In this document: one piece after another, positions 52,432 through 63,493 of the stretch
How positions within the stretch are numbered: the first letter of the stretch is position 1
How the letters are laid out: each line of letters opens with the position of its first letter
DNA from: an uncultured candidate division Zixibacteria bacterium
Lineage (GTDB): Bacteria; Zixibacteria; MSB-5A5; GN15; FEB-12
Reading direction: 5' to 3'
DNA: 64,000 nt
Assembly (NCBI GenBank): GCA_963735035.1
Contig: CAVTJJ010000003.1
Coordinates: 704,001 to 768,000 of the forward strand
Notes under the pieces: model-generated
Databases searched by the model: none
Told to the model about the DNA's origin: nothing
What the model saw: only the letters and a program-made list of their open reading frames with translations
Made by a program: the position numbers and the translations under genes

Positions 52432-53679
52432 CTAACGGCGACGTCGGCCCTTGGTCGATTTCGGTTTCGAAGTCCGGCCAAACGGCCTGGGCGGTCTCGC
52501 GGCCTGCGCCCGCTCCAGCGCCATCGGCGCGGGACGACGCGGCACCTTATCGAACGGCAGTCTCGGAACCTGCTTGATTGACAGTCCGGTCTTTATGAGT
52601 CGCTCGATGTCCCTGATGTCGTTGCGCTGATCGAACGTGGCAAACGAAATCGCGCGGCCGGCCATACCGGCGCGAGCTGTGCGACCGATCCGATGCACAT
52701 AGTCCTGTGAATTGCCGGGCAAATCGTAATTAATCACGACTTCGATACCGACCACGTCGATACCCCGCGCAGCGACATCGGTGGCCACCAGTACCCGATA
52801 CTTCCCCGACTTAAACCCCTCGAGCGCATCGCGCCGCTGCCCCAGGCTGCGGTCGGAATGTATCTCCGCCGCCGAGTGCCCCATACCGCGCACATAGCGG
52901 GTTAGTTTGCGAGCCCCGTGCTTGGTGCGGGTAAAGACCAGCACCGGGCCGTGGTATTCAGCCAGCAGAATTTCGAGAAGCTGGCTCTTCGCTTCCCGCT
53001 CGATGAAGAACACTTCCTGCACGACTTTTTCGGCGGCCGTTCCCGACGGCGCGATCTCGATATTGATCGGCAGCTTCATGTGCTGGCGGGCAAGCCCCAT
53101 AATCTCCGACGGTATCGTGGCGGAAAACAACATGGTCTGCCGCTCTTTGGGAATAGCCCTCAGTATCTTGTTGAGTTGAGGAGCAAACCCCATGTCGAGC
53201 ATGCGGTCAGCCTCGTCCAGAACAAGTATCTGAACGTTGCACAGATTAATCGCCCGTTGCTCAAGGAAATCAACCAGGCGGCCGGGTGTAGCTACGATTA
53301 TGCGCGGATTCTTCTCCAACGCCTTCTTTTGGGGGCCTTCAGGCGCTCCGCCTATCAGCACCGCGGTACGCAGACCAAGGTTCGCTCCCACCGACTGAAG
53401 CGATTCACTTACCTGAATCGCCAGTTCGCGTGTCGGCAAGAGCACCAGCCCGCGGCCCTTGAGCTGTGCCAGGCGTTGAATCATGGGAATACCGAACGCG
53501 AGCGTCTTGCCGGTGCCGGTTTGGGCGACCGCAATCAGGTCCTTGCCTTCGAACCCGACCGGAATCGAGCGTCGTTGTATGGGTGTCGGCTCAGTAAACT
53601 TGAGACGATTGATAGCCGCCAGCAGTCCCGGGGCTATGCCCAGGCCGCCGAATCCTTTAGAGTACGTATCACTTACCAT
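52432..53679 (-). CDS. DEAD-box RNA helicase (RhlE-like)
   Basis: PTPIQ, AQTGTGKT, PTRELA, TPGRL, DEAD, SAT and HRIGRTAR. Confidence 0.96.
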   Translation of the reverse strand: MVSDTYSKGFGGLGIAPGLLAAINRLKFTEPTPIQRRSIPVGFEGKDLIAVAQTGTGKTLAFGIPMIQRLAQLKGRGLVLLPTRELAIQVSESLQSVGANLGLRTAVLIGGAPEGPQKKALEKNPRIIVATPGRLVDFLEQRAINLCNVQILVLDEADRMLDMGFAPQLNKILRAIPKERQTMLFSATIPSEIMGLARQHMKLPINIEIAPSGTAAEKVVQEVFFIEREAKSQLLEILLAEYHGPVLVFTRTKHGARKLTRYVRGMGHSAAEIHSDRSLGQRRDALEGFKSGKYRVLVATDVAARGIDVVGIEVVINYDLPGNSQDYVHRIGRTARAGMAGRAISFATFDQRNDIRDIERLIKTGLSIKQVPRLPFDKVPRRPAPMALERAQAARPPRPFGRTSKPKSTKGRRRR

Positions 53680-53860
53680 ACCACAAGGGTAAGGCTAACC
53701 GGTCGCAAAAGATATTCAAAAATTGCGATTGATTCCGACTGAAGAAGGCTGATTGACCACACTTACGTCGCAATTGGCCGAACAACTGGCCGCCCAAAAA
53801 CCGGCTGGCGAGTGCCTGCCGGTCGTCAATATGTCCTTCAGATGAAGAGCGCAGTGGTCC

Positions 53861-55285
53861 TTACTGACCCGGCCTGATATTCTGATTCATACGAAACAGG
53901 TTTTCCGGATCATATTTCTTCTTGATCGAGGCCAGTCGGTCGTAACCCGGTCCATAGGCGGCCTTGATACGTTCCGATTCGTCATCGGTCAGGAAATTGA
54001 CATACACACCACCCGTCGCGTACGGCGTGGCTTCGCGGAAGAATCCTCGCGCCCAGTCGATACAATTCTTGTCCTCTGACGGCTTCTCCCAGCGCCCATG
54101 GACATTGCACACGTAGATCGTGTTGCGATGCGAATAGGCGGTCGCGTCAGGCGATGGACGAGTGGTCGCGCCGCCGAGCAGACCGAAAAATATCTCACAG
54201 TGAGGCGAGGGTAGGTTCTCTGAGTAACGCACCGCTACATCGATTGCGCCGTCGCTCAGATCGACAAAGTTGTGTGATTTCCAGTAGTTCCGCGCCCCCG
54301 GAGTAAGCAGCGGATCAAACGCCTGCTGCCAGGCGGTGTACGGTTGCACTCCGACATGCTCTCCCAGCACCGTCCCGAACTTGCGCACCGGCTGAAGGAT
54401 CTTCTCACCTTCAGTCGGATCGCCGGCGTGGAACAAGCAGAACGCGATGATTTCGGTGCCATGTACTTTAGCTGGAAGGAACGGCAGAGGCGGCGCTTTG
54501 CGCATAACTGTCCACACAGTTGTCTCGTCGCCGAGCTTCCTGACATACTCTCGGAACGCCTTCAAAGCCGACCTGGCTTCTTTCAGCGGATAGACCACCA
54601 GCCCGCTGTATACCTCCGGCCCGACCTGGTGCAGCTTGAACTCGAAGCGACTCACAACCCCAAAATTGCCGCTGCCGCCGCGAAGCGCCCAGAACAGATC
54701 CGCATTCTCCTTGTCGCTCGCGTGGAGCAGTTGCCCGTCAGCCGTGATTACGTCGGCACCAATCAGGTTGTCGACCGTCATCCCGTACTTGCGCGACAGC
54801 CAGCCAAAACCGCCTCCGAGCGTGAGCCCGGCCAGACCGGTAGTCGAGTTGATGCCAACCGGAGTAGCCAGTCCAAACGCCTGACATTCACGATCGAAAT
54901 CAGCCAGGGTCGCCCCCGGTTCTACCTGGGCTACCCGGGCGGCGGGATCGACTGTCACACTGCGCATGTTCGACAGGTCAACGAGCAGACCGCCGTCGCA
55001 CACCGCATTCCCCGCAATGTTATGCCCGCCGCCTTTGATTGCGGTCAAAAGATTTTGTTCTCGCGCAAACGAGATTGCCTTGCGGATATCCGCCACCACG
55101 GAACACCGCACCACCATTCCCGGTCTGCGGTCTATCATGGCATTCCAGACGGTCCGCGACTTGTCGTAACCATCATCGCCGGGGAATAACAGCGCCCCGC
55201 GCAATGACGATCTTAGCTTTTCGAGAGCGGTGGAGTCCACCATGAGGGCTTCACCGTTCCCTGTGGCCACTCTTGCTGCTTTCAT
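53861..55285 (-). CDS. FAD-binding PCMH/BBE-family oxidoreductase
   Basis: KGGGHN (covalent-FAD His), GLTLGGGFG, DLFWALRGGSGNFGVV, YVNF and KYDPENLF. Confidence 0.93.
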   Translation of the reverse strand: MKAARVATGNGEALMVDSTALEKLRSSLRGALLFPGDDGYDKSRTVWNAMIDRRPGMVVRCSVVADIRKAISFAREQNLLTAIKGGGHNIAGNAVCDGGLLVDLSNMRSVTVDPAARVAQVEPGATLADFDRECQAFGLATPVGINSTTGLAGLTLGGGFGWLSRKYGMTVDNLIGADVITADGQLLHASDKENADLFWALRGGSGNFGVVSRFEFKLHQVGPEVYSGLVVYPLKEARSALKAFREYVRKLGDETTVWTVMRKAPPLPFLPAKVHGTEIIAFCLFHAGDPTEGEKILQPVRKFGTVLGEHVGVQPYTAWQQAFDPLLTPGARNYWKSHNFVDLSDGAIDVAVRYSENLPSPHCEIFFGLLGGATTRPSPDATAYSHRNTIYVCNVHGRWEKPSEDKNCIDWARGFFREATPYATGGVYVNFLTDDESERIKAAYGPGYDRLASIKKKYDPENLFRMNQNIRPGQ

Positions 55286-55466
55286 GACTTGCACTCCAAT
55301 CTGGCTATTCGCAGGCAACACGCTTTGCCTGCGTCGTATTTCACGACGTGGATCAACATTATCCATAATACGCCGCATCGTCCCGGACGTTTGAGATTTA
55401 GTTTGACGCTAATGTGACAGATTGGCTACGGACAAAGTCGTTGCAGGTCAAGGGACTATGCCCCTG

Positions 55467-56243
55467 CTATTTCCGGCCGGTCTTGGGAATTTGCGCCAGG
55501 AGGCGAAGCAGACCGTCAAGTATCGTAACGGGATGGGGCGGGCAGCCGGGTATAAAAAGGTCCACCGGCAGCAGGTTCTCGGCGCCGTTGTGTACCTGGG
55601 GATGGTCGACATACGGTCCGCCGGAAATTGCGCAGGCTCCGACCGCGATCACAATCTTCGGATCGGGCACCGCCTCGTAGGTCTTGAGTAGAGCGAGTTT
55701 CATGTTTTCCGTGACCGGGCCCGTAATCAACAACCCGTCGGCGTGTCTCGGCGAAGCTACAAACTGGATACCAAAACGCCCCAGATCGTACACAATGGTG
55801 CCCAGCACATTTATGTCTACCTCACACCCGTTACACCCACCGGCGCTTACCTGCCTCAGACGAAGCGAGCGCTTGAACAAGCGAAGAGATTCATCCTGGA
55901 GCTTTTGAACCAGCACTTTCTCCGAATCGTGTCGAATCAGAAGATCGGAGCGATTATTGGCGGCCAGGCTGTGGTCACCAGAGTACCTAATCAATTTTCC
56001 CGAACAAGCTTTCACACACTCCCCACAGAAGAGACAGCGGCCCATATCAATCACCGGATGGCGGTCAACCACTTTGACCGCGACTGTTGGACAGACTCTT
56101 ACGCACTCAGAGCATTCGTTCGCACAGTTATCCGAACTGACCACAGGCCGACCGGCAAACCGCTCCGGAAGGATCGGGGGTTCGTCAGGGAAACCGACCG
56201 TCCGGTTTCCGAATTTCATGCGCGCGAGTAACGCTTTCAGCAT
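55467..56243 (-). CDS. Ehr small subunit (2x[4Fe-4S] fused to NuoB/HycG-like domain)
   Basis: CSECVRVCP, CLFCGECVKAC, GGCNGCE, ASPRHADG, GACAISGG and PGCPPHP. Confidence 0.9.
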   Translation of the reverse strand: MLKALLARMKFGNRTVGFPDEPPILPERFAGRPVVSSDNCANECSECVRVCPTVAVKVVDRHPVIDMGRCLFCGECVKACSGKLIRYSGDHSLAANNRSDLLIRHDSEKVLVQKLQDESLRLFKRSLRLRQVSAGGCNGCEVDINVLGTIVYDLGRFGIQFVASPRHADGLLITGPVTENMKLALLKTYEAVPDPKIVIAVGACAISGGPYVDHPQVHNGAENLLPVDLFIPGCPPHPVTILDGLLRLLAQIPKTGRK

Positions 56244-56252
56244 AAGTCTGCT

Positions 56253-57731
56253 CTACAGGTCATGGCCACAGTACGAAAGGTTGAAACTCTTATTGCACAG
56301 CGGGAAGTCCGATATCTGCTGGTTTCGCATCGCGGCCGCGAGGCCGGCCCAGTTATGAAATGACGGATCGAACACTTTGTACCATTCGAATCGCCCGTCG
56401 CCGCCAGTGCACGCTATATGACAGATTTCGCCGCGCCATCCTTCGACCAGCGAAATAACGAGTGAGTCCGGCTCAATCGAGTCAGACGTAGCCGGGGCCA
56501 GAGCCGGCTCGTTTGGCATGGTTGTCAACCGGGCGCGAATAAACTCAACCGAGCGGGCAATCTCCTGCCAACGAATATGCGCACGCCCAAACACATCCCC
56601 CGTCTGCCACAGCGACACCGGAATCTGAGCAAAACTGAAGACATCAGAAGGATAATCCAAACGCGCATCCTGTTCCAATCCTGCCGCCCGCGCGGGGGGA
56701 CCAACGATTCCCAATTCCCGACACTGCGCCATTCCGAGCAATCCCGCCCCTTCGAAACGACTGACCACCGACGGCGTGTCCCACAACAGAGCCGCGGTCG
56801 TACTGATGTCCGCAAAAGCCTGATCCAGTCTCTTCAGGAACACCTCTATCTGACTCTCATCGAGATCATACGCCACACCGCCGGGCCGCGCGATGCCGCG
56901 CCCAAGCCGATTGCCACAGAGAAATGCCGTCAGGTTCAGGAAGTCTCCCCGAATTCGTCCACAGTGTGACGCCACCGGAAGATAGCCAACATCGCCGGCC
57001 AGCGCCCCGAGATCGCCCGTGTGATTGGCCAGACGTTCCAACTCCAGCGCCACGCTTCGCAAGATCATCCCGCGCAAAGACACTCGACGGTGCGACAAGG
57101 TCTCTAAATTCTGGCAGTACGCGGTGGCATGCCCGACCGACGTATCCCCCGCCAGCGTTTCCATATAATGTATGGTGCGCGGGGTCGGTCCGTCCTTCAA
57201 AGCCTGTTCCACGCCCCGGTGTTGATACCCGAGTGAGATTTCCAAGTGTAGGACATTTTCCCCTGCGCACGAAAATCTAAAATGCCCCGGCTCGATTATT
57301 CCCGCGTGCACCGGGCCAACTGCCACTTGATGAATGTCGCTTCCGGAAATACTGTAGAAATCGGTTATTCCCACCGGCGATCCGCTGAATCGAATAGGCT
57401 TCAGCCAGGGATGCCCTTCGGGAGTCACACCGCACGATTCTGCGATCTCTCTTTCGAACCAGTGGGCCTGCGTGCACTGCGGCGTCAAAGCAGGATACCT
57501 ATCCTTCACGAGCGTCGAGCAAGTCTTGAGCGCCCCTTCATCCCGGACGGAAATCACCCCGTAGAGCCGGTGTCCATTGACATGCGGTTGCGCGAACAAG
57601 GCAATCAACCGGTCGCCGATGGCAACGCTCCCAATGATCGTCTCAGCGAAAGAATCGAACTTGAGCATCGGGATGTCCCGAAGCCGCACCAGTTCGCAAT
57701 GGCGACACATGAGCGCCCGATCTCCACTCAT
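56253..57731 (-). CDS. Ehr large subunit (HycE/NuoCD-like, no Ni-binding CxxC)
   Basis: FEREIAE, VGPVHAGIIEPGHF, LGYQHRG and EGWRGE. The L1 position reads ETLAGDTSVGH and the C-terminus reads DFPLCNKSFNLSYCGHDL. Confidence 0.9.
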   Translation of the reverse strand: MSGDRALMCRHCELVRLRDIPMLKFDSFAETIIGSVAIGDRLIALFAQPHVNGHRLYGVISVRDEGALKTCSTLVKDRYPALTPQCTQAHWFEREIAESCGVTPEGHPWLKPIRFSGSPVGITDFYSISGSDIHQVAVGPVHAGIIEPGHFRFSCAGENVLHLEISLGYQHRGVEQALKDGPTPRTIHYMETLAGDTSVGHATAYCQNLETLSHRRVSLRGMILRSVALELERLANHTGDLGALAGDVGYLPVASHCGRIRGDFLNLTAFLCGNRLGRGIARPGGVAYDLDESQIEVFLKRLDQAFADISTTAALLWDTPSVVSRFEGAGLLGMAQCRELGIVGPPARAAGLEQDARLDYPSDVFSFAQIPVSLWQTGDVFGRAHIRWQEIARSVEFIRARLTTMPNEPALAPATSDSIEPDSLVISLVEGWRGEICHIACTGGDGRFEWYKVFDPSFHNWAGLAAAMRNQQISDFPLCNKSFNLSYCGHDL

Positions 57732-59210
57732 CACCGGCCTCCCAGCAAGCGTGCCGCTTCGTTAAGAAGACCGCTCAACGGCGACGGCAGGTAGACACCC
57801 AACATCAGGACCGCAAGGCACAAGACGGCCGGAGGTAGAATCGAGGTCAAAGATTCTCTATCAGTCGAGGTGCCTGCCGATTCACGGGTCGGTCCGTACA
57901 CCATCTTCATTACTATACTCGTCATGGCGACAAAGATAACCCCCAGCGCCGCCAGAAGCACAATTGCTACCATTATGTGCCCCGAGTCGAGGGCGGCGCG
58001 AATAATTGTCAACTCACTTTGAAAAAGACCAAACGGCGGCATTCCGGTAATGGCGAACAGACCGGCCATCCAGAGCACCCCCGATGCCGGCAGTTCGCCC
58101 AGCATGCCGGTAATCATGCTGACCGACTTCGTTCGGTAACGCGCCAGAATATTGCCCGCTACGAGAAACAGCATCCCTTTGGTCAGCGAGTGATTCACGG
58201 CGTGAAGCAGGGCTCCGAAGGAACCCAGCCCGCCGAGTCCGACACCCACGGCCAGAATTCCCATGTGTTCGATGCTTGAATAGGCCAGCATTCGCTTGTA
58301 ATCAAGCTGTGCGACTATGAAGACCGTCGCAATCACGACCGAGAGCAGCCCGAACACGAGCAATAGTCCATGAGCAAAGTCACCAGACCCGGTCGCATCG
58401 AGCACCTGCGTCATTCGCAAAATGCCGAGGAAAGCGCAATTAAGCAGCGCTCCCGAAAGCAGCGCCGATACTACCGACGGCGCCTCGCTGTGGGCGTCGG
58501 GCAGCCAACTGTGAAGAGGCGCCAGTCCCATTTTTGTTCCATATCCTACCAGCATGAACAGGAAAGCTATCTTTATCCAGGGCACCCGGAGGGACGAAGC
58601 ATTGGCAACCAGGTCGCCCACCACCAGCGGCACATCAGTGGTCTCCATGTCCTGACGCGGCAAAGGCGAGAAAGAACGTGCCCAGCAGGGCCAGCGCGAT
58701 ACCCACCGAACAGATCAGCAGATATTTCCAGGTCGCTTCAAGGGAACGATGGTGTCGGTGGAAATAGATGAGCGGAGCACTCGTCAGCGTGGTCGCCTCG
58801 ACCGCCACCCAGAGCAAGCCGAAGTTGTGACTCATAGTGACGAGAGACATCGTCGCCAGGAAAAGCAGCAGGCAACCGACAAAGACAGCTTCGGGCTCAT
58901 TGACGAACAAGACCGATTCTTGAAAATCAGGTCGTTCCCCGGCTTGCTCCCGGGCAAGGTATGACACAGCGTACACGGCCGCGGCCAGGAACAGGCAACT
59001 TACGGCCGACAGGAATACCAACCCAAGAGCATCGATCTGCAGCCAGCCGTCCATGATCGGCTCAGGGCGCAAATACCAGGCTAACGCCGTCAGTGCGGCG
59101 TGACCAATCGCCACCGCCACCAGCAGCCCCCGCCGCAGGTCATTCCTCCGCGTGACGAAAGATGTCAGTCCGGCCAGAGCCGGTATGAGTACGAGCGCCA
59201 GGATTATCAT
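57731..59210 (-). CDS. hyfF: HyfF-like antiporter-type membrane subunit; frameshift near 58640
   Basis: WVAVEATTL and EATWKY, then GYGTKMGLAPLHSWLPDAHSEAP and KRMLAYSSIEH in the adjacent frame. Confidence 0.85.
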
Positions 59211-59902
59211 GCTTCGGAATCCTTGCTCGTCAATTCCTTGCGACCCTTGAACCAGTCTTTGAGCGTACTCAACTGACCCGTCTCGATGTTGTCAAACTCG
59301 CGACTGATCTGGAACACCATGATGCCCATGATGAACACACCCACAAAGACGTCCAGGAGAATACCTATTTCGATCAACATCGATTCCGACTGGGCGAAGA
59401 AGACACCGAAAGCATAAATGCCGTTTTCCAAAGCGAGATACCCGATGATTTGCATCAGAGCTTGTCGACGGCTGACGATCAGAAAGAGTCCTGTGACTAT
59501 AGTAAAGAAGACCATCGGTATCGCCAGGCGGTAACCGGTCTGGTCAGGGAGTGGCAGGACGTATCCCCACCAGAGTGAACTGCCCATCACAAAGATGCCG
59601 ATTAGCAGCGAAGGCATCGGCCCGACATAGTAGGTGATGGTGCGCACCGTGCTTAGTTCGCGAAGACTGCGCATCAACAGGCGGGGAAACACGATACCCT
59701 TGAGCGTGATCACCAGAACCGCGATTATCGCCAATCGAACCGAGAGTCCGTCCTGATGGACAAACAGCGGCAGAAGGCCTAGCGCTAGTCCTTGAACGGC
59801 GATGATTCGTACCGACGCTCTCAGCCACCCTGCACCCAGAAGCAGGAAGTTGGTGATGATAATCAGCACGACTAAAGCACTTACCATATCGTACATAATC
59901 AT
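59207..59902 (-). CDS. hyfE: HyfE-like membrane subunit
   Basis: Hydrophobic, with QIIGYLALENGIY and EIGILLDVFVG. TGATG coupling. Confidence 0.85.
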   Translation of the reverse strand: MIMYDMVSALVVLIIITNFLLLGAGWLRASVRIIAVQGLALGLLPLFVHQDGLSVRLAIIAVLVITLKGIVFPRLLMRSLRELSTVRTITYYVGPMPSLLIGIFVMGSSLWWGYVLPLPDQTGYRLAIPMVFFTIVTGLFLIVSRRQALMQIIGYLALENGIYAFGVFFAQSESMLIEIGILLDVFVGVFIMGIMVFQISREFDNIETGQLSTLKDWFKGRKELTSKDSEA

Positions 59903-60816
59903 CACCCTAGAACCAGTATAGCCGCCAGCATGGAGAGCGCTCCGGCGCCCACCAGCAGTTGAGGAACCTTGAGCAGACGAAAACGAGCCATCGACGATTC
60001 CACGATGCCCACGGCGATTGTCAGGAAGAGCATGCCCACGAGAGCGTATCCCTCCCTGAACCAAATCGGCGCCTCGGTCAGGTTCGGTGAAAATACGCCG
60101 ACAAACAACGCCCCGAGCAGCCATAGTTTCAGCGCGCTGCCGTAGAGCACGAGGCCTAAATCCGGACCGCCGTGATCGAGAACCATCACTTCGTGAATCA
60201 TGGTTAGTTCGAGATGGGTCGTGGGATCATCGATCGGAATACGGGAGTTTTCCGCCAGGTACAGAACGAATAAAGCTCCGGCCACCAGCGCCGGCGCACC
60301 GATACTCCAACCGGTCACACCCGACGTGTACAATATTCCACTGAGCGACAGACTGTGACTGAGACGAGAGAGCGCAAACAGACCGACAAACAAGGCCGGC
60401 TCGACCAGCATCGAGAAAGTCACTTCGCGGCTGGCCCCCATCCCTTCGAACGCAGAACCGGTATCAAGCGCGGCTATCACGATGAAGAATCTCGCCAGTC
60501 CAAGGACGTAGGCTAATAGAACCAGGTCTCCGTTGAATGCCAGAGGAGCCACACTACCGGCGAATGGAACCAACAACAATCCGGCGACAACCATGGCCAG
60601 ACCGACTATCGGCCCGGCTCGGAACACCCAGGTCGTCGTACGACTATATACGGCGCTCTTGTGCAGCAACTTGTAGATGTCGGAGTATGCCTGCAAGAGC
60701 GGCTGACCGCGCCTACCGGCCATGATAGCTTTTGTGCGATTGATAATGCCCAATAAGAGCGGCGCCACGACCAGCGCCAGAATAATATGCCCCACTGAAA
60801 GCAGATTGATCTTCAT
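59902..60816 (-). CDS. hyfC: HyfC/HycD (NuoH-like) membrane subunit
   Basis: GRRGQP, DTGSAFEGMGASRE and ENSRIPIDDPTTHLELTMIHE. Confidence 0.9.
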   Translation of the reverse strand: MKINLLSVGHIILALVVAPLLLGIINRTKAIMAGRRGQPLLQAYSDIYKLLHKSAVYSRTTTWVFRAGPIVGLAMVVAGLLLVPFAGSVAPLAFNGDLVLLAYVLGLARFFIVIAALDTGSAFEGMGASREVTFSMLVEPALFVGLFALSRLSHSLSLSGILYTSGVTGWSIGAPALVAGALFVLYLAENSRIPIDDPTTHLELTMIHEVMVLDHGGPDLGLVLYGSALKLWLLGALFVGVFSPNLTEAPIWFREGYALVGMLFLTIAVGIVESSMARFRLLKVPQLLVGAGALSMLAAILVLG

Positions 60817-62784
60817 CGCAGCTTCCAGAACATCAGGGTGAGCAGGGTTATCAGGATATATAGCACGTAGAGTTGCACATTGCCATGTTGTACCCAACGA
60901 AAGGCTTCCAACACTTTTCGAACACCTATGAAAACCGGACGATAGAGAAGCTCCTGGAACAAATCCGGAGTGACTGTCTGCAACGACGCCGCTTTCGGAA
61001 ATACCCCTTCGGGTTTCAGTAGAATCTTACGAGTTCGTAGAATCCCGCGGAATCTCTCAGTGATCGGTCGCGTGAAGGATGAAGCCGTGTACTGCATACG
61101 GGCGGTAGGACGGGCGTAGCCACAATCCCAGGTCACCGTTTCCTTTACTACTTTCCTTCTCAGCAATCCCAGTCGCAAGAAGGCTATGAGCGCCACCAGC
61201 CCCAGACAGATCAAGAATGCCGCCATGACGTAGTAGAGCGGTTTCGTCCCCTGAGCAAACAGATCGTTTATTGCGGCTGGAGGCATCTGACTTATCTTGG
61301 CCAATTACCGGACCAAGGGCGGTGAAGACATACGGCGCCAGAAGACCTACGGCCAGACACGCCACGGCCATGACTACCATGGGTATGACCATGCCAGGGC
61401 CGACTTCATGGATGTCTCTCGCGGATTCAGTCCTGGGCTCACCGAGAAACACCACCCCGGACGCTTTAGTAAAGCAGGCCACTACCAGTCCGCCGATCAG
61501 CGCCAGGCTGCCGAGCGTCACCACTCCCACTACCGCCAGACGGCCGTCGGATGCGGTCCCCCCGTGCAGTGCCCCTAGATATATGAGAAATTCACTAACG
61601 AACCCGTTGAGCGGCGGGAGACCACAGATGGCGATTGACCCGACCAGAAATGTGACACCAGTCCACGGCATACGTTTCAAGAGGCCACCCAGTTGATCCA
61701 TTTCGCGCGTTCCGGTAGAGTGCGCCACCGATCCGGCTCCGAGAAAAAGCAATCCCTTGAAGAGAGAATGATTTACAACGTGAAGCAGCCCCCCGCCAAA
61801 TCCCAGTATCGCTATCATAGGGGCATTGAAGCTTATCCCGAGCAACCCGATTCCCAGCCCCGCAGCTATTATCCCAATGTTCTCCACACTGCTATAGGCC
61901 AGGAGCCGTTTCAGATCGTGCTGCGCCAGTGCAAACAGAACTCCCAGGACTCCCGAAGTCAACCCGACCGCGAGAAGTAGATATCCCCACCATTGCGGCG
62001 GCGGACCCAGAAACGTGAGCGTACGCAATATGCCGTAGATGCCCATCTTGATCATCACGCCCGACATGAGCGCGGAAATATGGCTTGGCGCCGCCGGATG
62101 TGCCTCGGGCAGCCAAACATGCAGCGGTACAAACCCTGCCTTGGTACCGAAACCGATAAGGCAAAGAATAAAGAGAAGCCCAGCGTGAGCTGCCGGTGAG
62201 AATTGGTCAAAGTCAAGCGAGCCGTTGTGTCCCATAAGAATGAAAAGGGCTATCAGAAACGCCGTCCCAAAATGCGCCGCCACCAGATATATCCATCCCG
62301 CCGTCTGAACGCCGTCCTTCTTGTCTTCCAACATTACCAGGAAGAACGACGAGAGCGACATCGCCTCCCAGGCGACCAGAAAGAGCACCGCGTTTCGCGC
62401 GACTACGACCACCACCATCGAAACGATGAGCACACCAGTGAAGAACCAAACTACTCCGAGATTGTGCTCGTGCCGGCTGTGCCAGAGATACGAGGCTCCG
62501 TAAACGCTCACCGGTATCGATATGCCGAAAATAATCAACAGGAAGAGCGCGGAAAGTGGATCCAGACCGACCGAGAAAGTCCCTCCCGGAACATTCCACA
62601 ACCATCGAATGGAGTCAACCCCGCCGCTTATAAGAGTTTTCACGACCGGTACCAGGCCTACCAGACAGCCAACAACAATCCCGATCACACTTGCAGCGGA
62701 TGCCGCGGCCGGGGATCGCTGCAGTATCAGCGATACGATGCCGGAGAAGAGAATTACGGCTACGGCAATGAGTACCGTCTCCAT
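60813..62784 (-). CDS. hyfB: HyfB-like antiporter-type membrane subunit; frameshift near 61297
   Basis: AWEAMS, KAGFVPLHVWLPEAHPAAPSH and KRLLAYSSVEN. The tail TWDCGY...RMQYTASSF is in the next frame. Confidence 0.88.
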
Positions 62785-62788
62785 TAGT

Positions 62789-63493
62789 CTACCCCACCTG
62801 CGGCTTTGCAGAAGCGCCTTGCACCAGCGCCGCTTCTACGTTTTTCGCTGCGTCAAGAATCTCATCTCGCAAGCCCCGATGCTGCACCGCGGCGAGAAAA
62901 GCGGGGTCACGAAGCGAGTAGGCCAGACGTGAGATAATATGAAGGTGAGCCCGCACAGTTGGGCTGATCAACATGAAAAGCGCATATACCGGCTGGCCGT
63001 CGATAGCCCCGAAATCAACCGGATTTTCGAGAAAGAACAGCGTGACCATCGGTTTCGAAATGTGCAGCACTACCGGATTCCGGACGTGAGGAATCGCGAT
63101 ACCGTCGCCAATGCCCGTCGACGACAACTCCTCGCGCGCCACCAGCACTTGATAGAGAAACTCCCGATCCACTTCCTCAGGCAACTGCAGCAACTGGACC
63201 ACGTTCTTCAGCACCGCCCATTTGTCCGCGCCGACTACCCTGTAATTGACCCCACCGTTTTGAAGGGCTTCGTATAATGATGGCATCGGAACGCCGCTGG
63301 TTTCCGGCTCGGCAAAGATCTCAGGCGAGATGGCCATTTTCCGGGAAGTGGCCCATTCCAGGATTTCGGCCCGGTTGAACCGGTATTGTTCGTGCACCTG
63401 GTAGGCCGGTATCTGACCCTGGCTAATCCAGCGGTAAACTGTTTTCTCAGAAACGTTTAGGAGTCGGGCGATATCTTTGACCGTCAGTGTCAT
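62789..63493 (-). CDS. Excisionase-type HTH fused to PTS EIIA(Ntr/Fru) domain
   Basis: LTVKDIARLLNVSEKTVYRW plus REELSSTGIGDGIAIPH. Sits 4 nt upstream of hyfB. Confidence 0.9.
   Translation of the reverse strand: MTLTVKDIARLLNVSEKTVYRWISQGQIPAYQVHEQYRFNRAEILEWATSRKMAISPEIFAEPETSGVPMPSLYEALQNGGVNYRVVGADKWAVLKNVVQLLQLPEEVDREFLYQVLVAREELSSTGIGDGIAIPHVRNPVVLHISKPMVTLFFLENPVDFGAIDGQPVYALFMLISPTVRAHLHIISRLAYSLRDPAFLAAVQHRGLRDEILDAAKNVEAALVQGASAKPQVG

Noticed and set aside
56253..57731. Group 4 [NiFe]-hydrogenase or formate hydrogenlyase
   Set aside because: Both Ni-ligating CxxC motifs are absent and no formate dehydrogenase is adjacent.
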